From the NCBI GenBank assembly GCA_964350985.1, contig CAYGLK010000001.1:457973-521972 (forward strand): a stretch of DNA of 64,000 bases, read 5' to 3'. This DNA is from an uncultured Candidatus Saccharibacteria bacterium (GTDB taxonomy: Bacteria > Patescibacteriota > Minisyncoccia > Phycocordibacterales > UBA918). Under the pieces are notes generated by a model. It saw only the letters and a program-made list of their open reading frames with translations. It was not told where the DNA came from and ran no database searches. Each line of letters opens with the position of its first letter. The first letter of the stretch is position 1. The position numbers were made by a program, and so were the translations under genes. Below, piece after piece: positions 10,585 to 19,160 of this stretch.

Positions 10585-10750
10585 ACAAAATAACAGTAAT
10601 TACCTCCACAAAGCTCTCGCCCTGTCTTATCTGACATTCTAACATACCCATCCTACCGGCCCTGTTTATAACTTTTGATTTTTCTGCTACACTCATCGTG
10701 AACCAAAGTAGATGTAGGAATAAGTAAAGAAGGTACAATTGAATATAAAT

Positions 10751-10802
10751 GCCGAAGTGGTGGAATGGTTACACCGTGAGATAGTCTCCCAGACTATCTC
10801 AC
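10751..10802 (+). pseudogene. tRNA-Leu 5'-half fragment (acceptor plus D-arm only) fused to an unrelated 12-bp hairpin. Together with its upstream 20 nt it is a direct duplicate of the tRNA-Leu(CAA) 5' region.
   Basis: 10730-10775 is near-identical to 10843-10888 (ggtacaattgaatata[a/t]atgccgaagtggtggaatggt[t/a]acac). It has no anticodon arm or T arm. Confidence 0.6.
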
Positions 10803-10863
10803 CTCAGAAACCGCAGGCATCATTTTAGTAAGATAAAGTGTAGAGGTACAATTGAATATATAT

Positions 10864-10944
10864 GCCGAAGTGGTGGAATGGTATACACGTGCGACTCAAA
10901 ATCGCATGGCGAAAGTCTTGAGGGTTCGAGTCCCTCCTTCGGCA
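10864..10944 (+). tRNA. tRNA-Leu (anticodon CAA), class II with long variable arm
   Basis: Manual fold: acceptor GCCGAAG/CTTCGGC, anticodon stem TGCGA/TCGCA, loop CTCAAAA, T-arm GAGGG-TTCGAGT-CCCTC. CCA is not encoded. Confidence 0.8.
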
Positions 10945-10994
10945 CAAAAACAATGAACCAAACACGAATAGTGTTTGGTGATTGTGTTTTTGTA

Positions 10995-11117
10995 GCCGAA
11001 GGAGGGACTCGAAAGACAGTTTCGAGGGACCCTTTAGGGACGAAACTGTCGGGGTCGAACGAGTGAGATATTTTATGAACGAAGTGAAATAAAATATCCA
11101 CGAGAGTGACCGAGTCC
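10995..11117. repeat. tRNA-flank modular element, copy A. It has three parts in order: an inverted copy of the tRNA-Leu 3' end (gccgaaggagggactcgaa), a 10-bp stem hairpin, and the conserved box ggggtcgaacgagtgagatattttatgaacgaagtgaaataaaatatccacgagagtgaccgagtcc.
   Basis: The same architecture recurs at 14187-14308 and 21695-21753, with variants at 12141-12385, 21204-21420 and 61769-62040. Confidence 0.7.
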
Positions 11118-11136
11118 TAAATCTCAATATTTAAAC

Positions 11137-12036
11137 ATGTCCCCTAAACCCAAAGTAATAGCAATTGTCGGACCAACTGCTTCAGGCAAGACTTCTCTCT
11201 CAGTTGAAGTAGCCAAAGCCTTTAATGGTGAAGTTATTTCCGCTGACTCACGACAAGTATACAAAGGACTTGATATTGGTTCTGGTAAAGTAACTCAGGA
11301 AGAAATGGAGGGAGTCAGACATCACTTACTTGATGTTATTAAACCGAACGAAACATATACTGGAGCCGATTTTGAACGAGACGCTAAAGTAGCGATTTCT
11401 GATATTCTAAGTCGCGGTAAGACACCTATTATCGCTGGCGGTACTTTCTTTTACCTTGATTTACTGCGAGGTACGATGCAGACAGCAGCAGTAGAACCAA
11501 ACCCAAAACTAAGAGCTGAGTTAGAAAAACTAACCAACCAAGAACTGTTTCAAAAAGTAGAATTATCTGATCCTAAAAGAGCTCAAGTGATTGATCCAGA
11601 CAATCGTCATCGACTTATTCGTACCTTAGAAATTATTGATTCCTTAGGTGAAGTACCTGAGCCAAAGAAAATTGAAAGTGAATATCAGTGGCAAATTTTT
11701 GGTATTGATATAGATAACGAAGACTTACACCCACGAATTGAAAAACGTCTTCATGACCGTTTAAAAAATGGCATGGTTGAAGAAGTGGAAAACCTACTTA
11801 AAGGTGGGTTAAGTAAAGAAAAGCTATCTGGCTTTGGGCTTGAGTATCGCTATCTAACTAGCTACATCCTTAAAGAAATTTCTTACGAAGAAATGACAGA
11901 ACATATTTTTGCTAAAAGTCGACAATTTGCTAAGAGGCAGCGAACTTGGCTCAAGCGTGACCAAGAGATAATTTGGAAGAAATTCCCTGTCGACTTAGAA
12001 GATGTGAAAGCTGACATAGAGGGATTTCTAGAATAG
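11137..12036 (+). CDS. miaA: tRNA dimethylallyltransferase
   Basis: 299 aa. P-loop IAIVGPTASGKTSLS, ISADSRQVYKGLDIGSGK and IAGGTFFY are typical of MiaA. Confidence 0.85.
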   Translation: MSPKPKVIAIVGPTASGKTSLSVEVAKAFNGEVISADSRQVYKGLDIGSGKVTQEEMEGVRHHLLDVIKPNETYTGADFERDAKVAISDILSRGKTPIIAGGTFFYLDLLRGTMQTAAVEPNPKLRAELEKLTNQELFQKVELSDPKRAQVIDPDNRHRLIRTLEIIDSLGEVPEPKKIESEYQWQIFGIDIDNEDLHPRIEKRLHDRLKNGMVEEVENLLKGGLSKEKLSGFGLEYRYLTSYILKEISYEEMTEHIFAKSRQFAKRQRTWLKRDQEIIWKKFPVDLEDVKADIEGFLE

Positions 12037-12069
12037 CTAGTTTGTGCTAGACTAAATCGTCGAAAATAA

Positions 12070-12140
12070 GGGCCTATAGTTCAGTGGTAGAATGCCGGTT
12101 TCCAAAACCGTTGACCAGGGTTCGAATCCTTGTGGGCCCG
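12070..12140 (+). tRNA. tRNA-Trp (anticodon CCA)
   Basis: Manual fold: acceptor GGGCCTA/TGGGCCC, anticodon loop TTCCAAA, T-arm CAGGG-TTCGAAT-CCTTG. There is one 27-43 mismatch. Confidence 0.75.
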
Positions 12141-12385
12141 CCCGAGTAAAAGCAAAAAGCCAAGACACCTGTCTTGGCTTTTTGCTTTTAGAACCTGACC
12201 TGCGTCAGGTTCGTACTCGGGCGGGAGCCGCAGGCATGTTTTGGCTTTTCATTAAGCCAAAACAGCCGAGGCGGGGTCGAGAGTACTTACTAGAATAGGA
12301 GCGAAGCGAACTATTATAGTTAGTAACTCGTGACCGCATAGAAATATAACCTCCACGAGAGTGAAAGAGTTGGTTGGTTAAACTA
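12141..12385. repeat. tRNA-flank modular element, Trp copy. It contains an inverted repeat of the tRNA 3' end plus trailer (cccgcccgagta...tactcgggcggg) enclosing a terminator hairpin, then a box catgttttggc-N10-gccaaaacagccgag, then a degenerate ..ccacgagagtga.. box.
   Basis: Shares the box with 61865-61900 and the terminal box with copies A, B and C. Confidence 0.55.
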
Positions 12386-13303
12386 CTAAGAACGACAATC
12401 CCAGTGATCATTACTTGTATTTACTCCTTCTCGAACACATGCAACTCCGCTACTAATATTTACTCTACCTTGGCGACTTCCCTGATTTCCATCTCTAAAG
12501 TTTGGCCCCATAATATATGAATTAACGTCACTGGTTCTTAAGTCAAACTTATCTCCGCCAGCATGAGTTCCTGGTCCACTACCAGAGTGCCCTAGCTCAC
12601 TTCCTCCTGTTACTGTAAATGCTGGACAAGCGGTGCCGCATTCATTTCTTAAGTGAATAAGTCCTTGTATCGCTCCAGGATTTAATCCTTCTACACTAGT
12701 ACATCCTCCTGGGTGATCTTGATATCTGACACCAGCTGGACACTCCCCTTTATTAACGGTGATTCCATTTGAAGCAAGTGTACTTCTAGCTTCTCCATTA
12801 CCAATAACAGGAACTGCTCCCGGATCTACTGGAGTAACTCCACCCACCGCAGCTGGTGGATTATAAGTTGGTGTTTGTGTCTGGCACTGAACTTCAGACC
12901 ACGGACCCCAACCTTCTATTTCTCCAATCGGAGCATTTGACACACCTTCACCACTTCCCCCACCAACAATTGAACGCATGATCGTATCAACAAAAATCCA
13001 AGCCGACATAATGATTAAAAGCCCAATGATTCCATTCTTAAATTTACTTTTAGCACCTTCTAGTGCTGAAGTATTTCCAGCAGATGTAATTAGTCCGAAA
13101 CCAGACACCATCATGATATATACAAAAATCAGAAAGACTGCTCCAAAAAGCCAAATGATACCCTTATTAGCAATATCTACTACATTACAAGCACTACAAC
13201 TTGTCCCTTCACAAATTAATTCCGAAATACCAGCAGCATCAACGGTACTAACTGGAATAAAGACAAAAAAAAGTGCCACTAGAATTAGAAATTTCATACC
13301 CAA
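12386..13303 (-). CDS. VirB2/TrbC-like pilin domain (signal peptide plus two TM helices) fused to a C-terminal Cys/Gly-rich domain with peptidase-M15/LAS-like motifs
   Basis: 305 aa. The N-terminal 110 aa resemble the tandem pilin paralogs at 26.3-28.1 kb. The C-terminus has THAGGDKFDL (H-x3-G-x3-D) and DHWD, resembling VanY/M15 zinc peptidases. That assignment is tentative. Confidence 0.45.
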   Translation of the reverse strand: MGMKFLILVALFFVFIPVSTVDAAGISELICEGTSCSACNVVDIANKGIIWLFGAVFLIFVYIMMVSGFGLITSAGNTSALEGAKSKFKNGIIGLLIIMSAWIFVDTIMRSIVGGGSGEGVSNAPIGEIEGWGPWSEVQCQTQTPTYNPPAAVGGVTPVDPGAVPVIGNGEARSTLASNGITVNKGECPAGVRYQDHPGGCTSVEGLNPGAIQGLIHLRNECGTACPAFTVTGGSELGHSGSGPGTHAGGDKFDLRTSDVNSYIMGPNFRDGNQGSRQGRVNISSGVACVREGVNTSNDHWDCRS

Positions 13304-13391
13304 TAATTATACTATATCAGTTACCTACAAAAGAAGCTCTGTGGCTAGCCTATTTGAAAAACCCACCGTCTGTGGTAATTTGTATGGCACT

Positions 13392-13474
13392 GCGTCGGTA
13401 CTCAAGCGGTCAACGAGGGGAGACTGTAAATCTCCTGACTTATGTCTACGAAGGTTCGAATCCCTCCCGGCGCA
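13392..13474 (+). tRNA. tRNA-Tyr (anticodon GTA), long variable arm
   Basis: Manual fold: acceptor GCGTCGG/CCGGCGC with one G-U pair, anticodon stem GGAGA/TCTCC, loop CTGTAAA. Confidence 0.75.
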
Positions 13475-13585
13475 CAAACCTTGACAATACACTGTTTTTA
13501 GTGTATTGTTTATAAACCGTACTAAGGACTGACGTTTGCGAAAAGCGAATGCAGGAGATCGAAGGCGGAACCAGGAGAATGTTCC

Positions 13586-14029
13586 ATGAATCTGAGAATC
13601 TGGCTGAAAGCCAAAGCGAAGGTAGGTGACGATAGCAAGATCGCCAACCTGAAGGTCGAGTCGGACGAAAAAAGTGGGGGCAAGTACCTCAACGCTTACA
13701 TCGATCCGATGGACCCCGCCATGCGCATGCCTATCGTCCCATGCAAGGACGTGCGGGCGTACACGTACACGGACGAGTACCACGTCGGCTACCGGCCGGA
13801 CGGCTTGTACAAGACACCCCATGCCGAGGCACGAGTGAAGACCAACAAGAACCTCCATACCCCAAGCTGGGACAACAAGGAGGACTGCTCGTTCATGATG
13901 GTTTCGCAGACCATCTCCATCACCGCCCCTAGCCTGAAAGCGCTCCGCGAGATCTACTCCAAGGTCCGCACCGGCGAACTGAAGGCTACGGAAGTCTGGG
14001 GAGAGGTCAAGGAAGAAATGTCGTACTGA
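13586..14029 (+). CDS. Hypothetical protein encoded in a high-GC (~60%) foreign segment, 147 aa
   Basis: Strong GC3 bias in this frame only. RBS aggaga sits 7 nt upstream of the ATG and a rho-independent terminator follows. I recognise no family. Confidence 0.6.
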   Translation: MNLRIWLKAKAKVGDDSKIANLKVESDEKSGGKYLNAYIDPMDPAMRMPIVPCKDVRAYTYTDEYHVGYRPDGLYKTPHAEARVKTNKNLHTPSWDNKEDCSFMMVSQTISITAPSLKALREIYSKVRTGELKATEVWGEVKEEMSY

Positions 14030-14055
14030 CGCCACACCAGCTCCATGCAAGTCGA

Positions 14056-14088
14056 AGCAGCTCCTGCTTCCCTGCCGGAGCTGTTTTC
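14056..14088. terminator. Hairpin gcagctcc..ggagctg plus TTTT after the high-GC gene
   Basis: Inverted repeat read from the sequence. Confidence 0.55.
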
Positions 14089-14186
14089 TATTTATATTAA
14101 ACCGCACAAAAGTGTCTAACCAACTCCAGCTCGGCGCACCAAATACCAAAACCAAAGCTTACGCTTTGGTTTTGTTGTATTTGTTA

Positions 14187-14308
14187 GCGCCGGGAGGGAT
14201 TCGAATGACTCTTTCGAGGGACCCTCAGGGACGAAAGAGTCGGGGTCGCAAGAGTGAGATATTTTATGAACGCAGTGAAATAAAATCTCCACGAGAGTGA
14301 CCGAATCC
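14187..14308. repeat. tRNA-flank modular element, copy B. It opens with an inverted copy of the tRNA-Tyr 3' end (gcgccgggagggattcgaa), 713 nt downstream of the tRNA.
   Basis: The hairpin stem differs from copy A by compensatory changes (gacagtttcg/cgaaactgtc versus gactctttcg/cgaaagagtc). The terminal box ends gaccgaATccc, matching the Tyr T-arm. Copy A ends gaccgaGTcc, matching the Leu T-arm. Confidence 0.7.
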
Positions 14309-14587
14309 CGTAAAACGTCACGTGCGTAGGGATTCGAAAAGCTTTTGAGCATTTTCTTGAGTTTACGAAAAGAAAATCCAAAAGGTGTGCTGCCCCTGTA
14401 AGCAAAGCTTTCTTTCACTGCATTCATATCATAAATGAAAATAAAATTTAATTTAGATACTCATTTGTGAAAGTAACGACCGAAATTCCCTCCCAACACC
14501 CAGTAAATATTGACATCAGACATAAAAAGTAGTTAAATCTGGTTTGCTAGCCTGTCCTTTCCACCCCTCCCCCACCAAGGAAACATC

Positions 14588-14929
14588 ATGATCACATTCT
14601 CCCCCAAAAACAACTTCTTCGGCCGTTTCATTGCCTGGCTGAATGATTTTTCACTGGACATTCAAGAAGCCTGCTTCATCCGCAGAAAATTGACCCTTAC
14701 TGAGATGGTCCGATCGTCCAAGGAGGTCTTTGAATGCTGTAAAGAAGATGCCTCCCGAGAAGCAGCCTTGGAAATTTGGGACAACGCTGCTAAGAATCTA
14801 ATTCTAAGCACTGAGACGATCTCAGAGCTGGAAAAGGCTCTTTTGCTTTCACCTAGCGGTGGTAAGGCCGAAGAAACAGCAAGTGATTACCAAAGACCTA
14901 AACTTTTGGCTGCCGTCAGCGGCGAGTAA
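14588..14929 (+). CDS. Hypothetical small protein (113 aa), GC-elevated
   Basis: Upstream TTGACA-17-TTAAAT, RBS aagga, and two consecutive terminators downstream. Confidence 0.45.
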   Translation: MITFSPKNNFFGRFIAWLNDFSLDIQEACFIRRKLTLTEMVRSSKEVFECCKEDASREAALEIWDNAAKNLILSTETISELEKALLLSPSGGKAEETASDYQRPKLLAAVSGE

Positions 14930-14943
14930 GCGACCCGACCCGG

Positions 14944-15036
14944 CCGAGACGACCCGCCTTCGCGGACACGTCTCGGCGGGTTGTTTTTTAATAACTATCT
15001 TAAATAAAAAGGTCCGGCAAAGCCGGATCTTTTTAT
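14944..15036. terminator. Two consecutive hairpin terminators, the second bidirectional and shared with clpB
   Basis: ccgagacg..cgtctcgg plus T-run; aaaaaggtccggcaaagccggatcttttt. Confidence 0.6.
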
Positions 15037-15053
15037 TGCTCAGATGACTCAAA

Positions 15054-17759
15054 TTAAGCTTTAACTGTCGTCTTAGTTTTTCGTGAACCGACTTTACTCT
15101 TTCCTGTCTTACTTCCCTTCTTCAGCACGTCAAAACTAAGCTCTCCTTTCTTCATTGAGACTTTAACATTACCTTTTTGTAACATTCCTTCTCCTACCAT
15201 CATGTTAGCTACAGGTGTCAGGATCTTACTTTGAATTACTCGCTTTAGTGGACGTGCTCCAAATTTTGGATCGTAACCTTCACGTGCAATAAATTCTAGA
15301 ACTTCATCAGTCAATGACAAAGTGATTTCTTTTTTAGCTAGACGCTTTTGGACATCTTCAATTTGAATATTAACGATACTGCGGATAGTCTCTGCAGTTA
15401 AGATATCGAAGATAATGATCTCATCCAATCGATTGAGGAATTCTGGACGGAAAAATAGCTTCAGACTATCCAATACCTTATCTTTTGCTTGGACATACTG
15501 CGCTACCTCACCCTTATCATCCAAAGATGAGAAGCCATAGCTAGACATACGATCGATATGTTCAGCTCCAATATTTGAAGTCATGACAATCACTGTATTG
15601 CGGAAGTTTACTTTCCGACCCTTAGCGTCAGTTAAGTGACCTGAGTCTAGGACTTGAAGCAAAATGTTAAATACTTCAGGGTGAGCTTTTTCGATCTCAT
15701 CGAGCAAGATAACAGAGTATGGTCGGTGACGAACTCGTTCAGTTATAGAACCGCCTTCTTCGTGACCAACATAGCCTGGAGGCGAACCGATGATTTTAGA
15801 AACTGAATGTTTCTCCATAAACTCAGACATATCAATCCGGATCAAGGCATCAGGATCGTTAAACATAAATTCAGTCAAAGACCGTGCTAGTTCTGTTTTA
15901 CCAACTCCGGTTGGACCTAGGAATAAGAACGAACCAATTGGTCGGTTTGGATCTGAGATACCAGCTCGTGATCGCTTGATAGCGTCAGCGACGAGTTTAA
16001 TAGCATGAGTCTGTCCAACCACTTTTTCAGACAAAACTTCTGCCATACGACCAAGTTTCTTGGCTTCTTCTTCAAGCATCCGAGATACAGGAATACCTGT
16101 CCAACGAGAAACAACCGCAGCAATATCTTCTTCAGTCACTTCTTCTTTAAGTAATCGTCGGTGACGTTGTAGTTTCTTTAGACGCTTTAATTTATCATCC
16201 AGTTTCTTTTCAGATGAAGGGATGTAGTCATAACGAATCTCAGCTGCTTTTGTCAGGTCGGCCATAGCTTCAGCTGTTTCCGCCTCCGTTCTGAGTTCTT
16301 CTAGAGTTTTCTTCAGTGCACTGATTTCACCCAGAGCAGTTCTTTCGTTAGTCCACTTTACTTCGATAGCCGAAGTGGTTTCTTTCAACTCACCAATCTC
16401 TTCTTCAATCTCTTTGATTCGAGCTTTGATCTTGGTTTTGTTTTCAGAAATCTCAACTTCTTTACGCAAAGCCTCACGCTCGATTTCTAGTCGTCGTATC
16501 TTACGATCAGCAAGCACTAACTCTTCAGGTTTATTCTCAAGCGAGATACGTAAAGCAGAAGCAGCTTCATCGATGAGGTCAACAGCCTTATCAGGCAGAA
16601 AACGATCAGTGATATAGCGTGAAGATAGATTTACCGCTGACACAATAGCGTCGTCAGTAATTCGTACTCCATGGAATAATTCATACTTCTCAGATAGACC
16701 ACGCAAAATAGCTACCGCATCTTCAGGCGATGGTTCATTTACAAATACTGGTTGGAAACGTCGTGTTAAAGCAGGATCTTTTTCAATATGTTTTTGATAC
16801 TCTTTCAGGGTAGTAGCACCAATAACTCTCATCTCACCACGAGCCAAAGCTGGCTTCAACATATTTGAAGCGTCCATTGAACCTTCTGCTTGACCAGCTC
16901 CAACAATAGTATGAAGTTCATCAATAAATAAGATCACTTTACCGGCAGCGGCTTCAACTTCTTTCATAACTGTTTTAAGTCTTTCTTCAAACTCACCACG
17001 GAACTTTGTTCCAGCAACGAGCAGGCCTAAGTCTAGTGAAAGGATTTCTTTTTCCTTGACTGATTCTGGTACTTGACCTAAAACAATTTGTTGAGCTAGA
17101 CCTTCAGCAATAGCCGTCTTTCCAACCCCAGCTTCTCCAATAAGGACGGGATTATTTTTTGTTCGCCGAGATAGGATCTGTACTACTCGCTGAATTTCTA
17201 AGTCACGACCGATAACAGGATCAAGTTTATTTTCTTGAGCTAGTTTTGTCAGGTTGCGAGTGTATTTTGTCAGAGCGCGATATTTTTTTGGAGACTGAAC
17301 ATCAGTGATGTTATTTTCTCGAATTTCTTTGATGGTCTTTAATACTCTTTCTTTCTCTATATCCATTCGCTTCAGCATTTCAGCTGCTGGTCCAGGATGT
17401 TCCAAGATAGCAATAAACAGGTGTTCTACTCCTACATATGAGTCACCGGTCTTCTCAGCAAATTGTCCAGAGAAATCCAAAGCCTTAGCTAACTCAGGAG
17501 TTAGGTAGAGTTGGTATGAAGGTGAGATGGTTGTCTGCATCTCGGTCACCTCAAGTGCTTCTAGTAGAAGATCAGTAAAAGCAATCACGTCTATATCTAG
17601 ACGATCCAGAACAGAAATAACCATACTCTCGTCTTGCATCGCAAGAGAAGTAAGTAAGTGAATCGGACTAACATGATTTTGTCCGCGTTCAATGGCTAGT
17701 TCATGGGCTTTTCGGATAGCTTCCTTAGCTTTAGATGTAAAATTTTGAAAATTTGGCAT
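15054..17759 (-). CDS. clpB: Chaperone ClpB (AAA+ disaggregase)
   Basis: 901 aa. Two AAA+ modules ([16 protein letters not shown]), Clp_N repeats and a long middle coiled-coil domain. Confidence 0.9.
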   Translation of the reverse strand: MPNFQNFTSKAKEAIRKAHELAIERGQNHVSPIHLLTSLAMQDESMVISVLDRLDIDVIAFTDLLLEALEVTEMQTTISPSYQLYLTPELAKALDFSGQFAEKTGDSYVGVEHLFIAILEHPGPAAEMLKRMDIEKERVLKTIKEIRENNITDVQSPKKYRALTKYTRNLTKLAQENKLDPVIGRDLEIQRVVQILSRRTKNNPVLIGEAGVGKTAIAEGLAQQIVLGQVPESVKEKEILSLDLGLLVAGTKFRGEFEERLKTVMKEVEAAAGKVILFIDELHTIVGAGQAEGSMDASNMLKPALARGEMRVIGATTLKEYQKHIEKDPALTRRFQPVFVNEPSPEDAVAILRGLSEKYELFHGVRITDDAIVSAVNLSSRYITDRFLPDKAVDLIDEAASALRISLENKPEELVLADRKIRRLEIEREALRKEVEISENKTKIKARIKEIEEEIGELKETTSAIEVKWTNERTALGEISALKKTLEELRTEAETAEAMADLTKAAEIRYDYIPSSEKKLDDKLKRLKKLQRHRRLLKEEVTEEDIAAVVSRWTGIPVSRMLEEEAKKLGRMAEVLSEKVVGQTHAIKLVADAIKRSRAGISDPNRPIGSFLFLGPTGVGKTELARSLTEFMFNDPDALIRIDMSEFMEKHSVSKIIGSPPGYVGHEEGGSITERVRHRPYSVILLDEIEKAHPEVFNILLQVLDSGHLTDAKGRKVNFRNTVIVMTSNIGAEHIDRMSSYGFSSLDDKGEVAQYVQAKDKVLDSLKLFFRPEFLNRLDEIIIFDILTAETIRSIVNIQIEDVQKRLAKKEITLSLTDEVLEFIAREGYDPKFGARPLKRVIQSKILTPVANMMVGEGMLQKGNVKVSMKKGELSFDVLKKGSKTGKSKVGSRKTKTTVKA

Positions 17760-17872
17760 AGGTCAACAATGATTATACTTGATAGCGCTCTGTAAACAGA
17801 AATAAAATTAGGATAGCGCCTTCCTTTATATTACTACGTCTTTAATTCTTCTATATTGCAACAAAAATACTC

Positions 17873-19135
17873 TTAAGTCAATCCAGACATCTTCTCGTGA
17901 AATTTTGTTAAGACTACTAGAACTTTATCTAAATCTGATTTTGTAGTCTCTTCTCCTAGTGAAAGTCTGAGAGTTGATTTTGCTCTATCTATATCATCCG
18001 TCATTACTCGCACCACCTTACTCTCTCCACTCCCGGCTCCAGCACAAGCACTTTTAGTACTAGCGGCAATACCATGTTTATCTAAATAAACTACTAAGTA
18101 CTCCGTATCAAACCCAGGCAACGATATATTTATGTTGTTAGCTAGACGATCTTCACCTAATGGACCATTTATTTTTACTTGAGCAAGAACGTCAGGAATT
18201 TTTTCAAAGAAAAAATTCCTGACGTTGGCTACCTTCTCAGCTCGACTCAAATAGTTTTTCTGAGCCAACTCTAAAGCTGTCGCCCCGCCAACTATACCGG
18301 CAACATTTTCGGTACCTGGTCGGAGTCCCATTTCCTGTCCTCCACCATAAAGTATTGGTACTAATGAAACCTCGCCGCGTTTAGCCAAGATCCCCATCCC
18401 CTTTGGTCCATTACATTTACCTGTATCAAGTGACATCAGATCAACTCCAAGTGTCGAGAGTGAACACGGTAGCCATAATGGAGCTTGGGCTGCATCTACA
18501 TGAACAATTATTTTTTTACTTACTTCTTTTTCAAAACTACGCACCACTCGGACCAAACGTCCGACAGACTGCACCGTTCCTACTTCACTATTTGCATAAG
18601 CAAAAGTAACCAAGACCGTCTTCTCACTTAAAGCAGCTTCAAGAGCTCCGACAGAAATCTTGCCCTCATTATCTACTTCCACAAACTTAACCTTAATACC
18701 AGTCGCTTCGAGAATAGGGATCAGATTAGCAATTGATGGATGTTCAATTTCGGTGGTAACAATCTCCATCTCAGCATATGGTATTCCGTCGATCTGTTTT
18801 AGTTTTTTAACTAGACCTAAAATAGCTAGATTGTTACTTTCTGTACCTCCAGAGGTAAAAGTGATGCCGGTTGGTTGAATACCAAGCACCGTAGCAACTT
18901 TCTGACGAGCAGAAGCAGTAGCTACTTTCGATCTCAGTCCCGCACTATGAATAGCACTCGGGTTAGCGTACTCATTATCCAGAAACGGACTCATGGCTTT
19001 TTTTACCAAAGGATGGAGGGGTGTTGCAGCAGCATGATCAAGATAAATCTGCTGGTTTTTTCTGAAAAAGGAAAACATCTTAAAATCATGACACAAGGTG
19101 AAAAATATGTAAATCTTTGCTATACTGCCGTACAT
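17873..19135 (-). CDS. Cysteine desulfurase (class V aminotransferase, NifS/IscS-like)
   Basis: 420 aa. LDHAAATP, a PLP-lysine region and NSEVG. The real start is probably the internal MFSFF. Confidence 0.75.
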   Translation of the reverse strand: MYGSIAKIYIFFTLCHDFKMFSFFRKNQQIYLDHAAATPLHPLVKKAMSPFLDNEYANPSAIHSAGLRSKVATASARQKVATVLGIQPTGITFTSGGTESNNLAILGLVKKLKQIDGIPYAEMEIVTTEIEHPSIANLIPILEATGIKVKFVEVDNEGKISVGALEAALSEKTVLVTFAYANSEVGTVQSVGRLVRVVRSFEKEVSKKIIVHVDAAQAPLWLPCSLSTLGVDLMSLDTGKCNGPKGMGILAKRGEVSLVPILYGGGQEMGLRPGTENVAGIVGGATALELAQKNYLSRAEKVANVRNFFFEKIPDVLAQVKINGPLGEDRLANNINISLPGFDTEYLVVYLDKHGIAASTKSACAGAGSGESKVVRVMTDDIDRAKSTLRLSLGEETTKSDLDKVLVVLTKFHEKMSGLT

Positions 19136-19160
19136 TCAATTATTAGCACACCCCTTAAAG

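Noticed and set aside
11071-11088. Calling ATGAACGAAGTGAAATAA (MNEVK) a real peptide gene
   Set aside because: Conservation of ATG and TAA across copies is suggestive. However, the whole box is conserved at nucleotide level and sits in a structured repeat. It is recorded as a hypothesis inside a finding, not as a CDS.
10529-11127. Small ORFs (69, 93, 100, 62 aa) around tRNA-Leu and its flank element
   Set aside because: They overlap the tRNA and conserved structured repeats. I found no coding signal.
12092-12411. 68-aa ORFs overlapping tRNA-Trp and its flank element
   Set aside because: Same reasoning: they run through the tRNA and the inverted-repeat hairpins.
13325-14155. 276-aa minus-strand ORF covering tRNA-Tyr and the high-GC segment
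   Set aside because: It overlaps a well-folded tRNA. It lies antisense to a frame with strong GC3 bias. High-GC DNA generates long stop-free antisense frames by chance.
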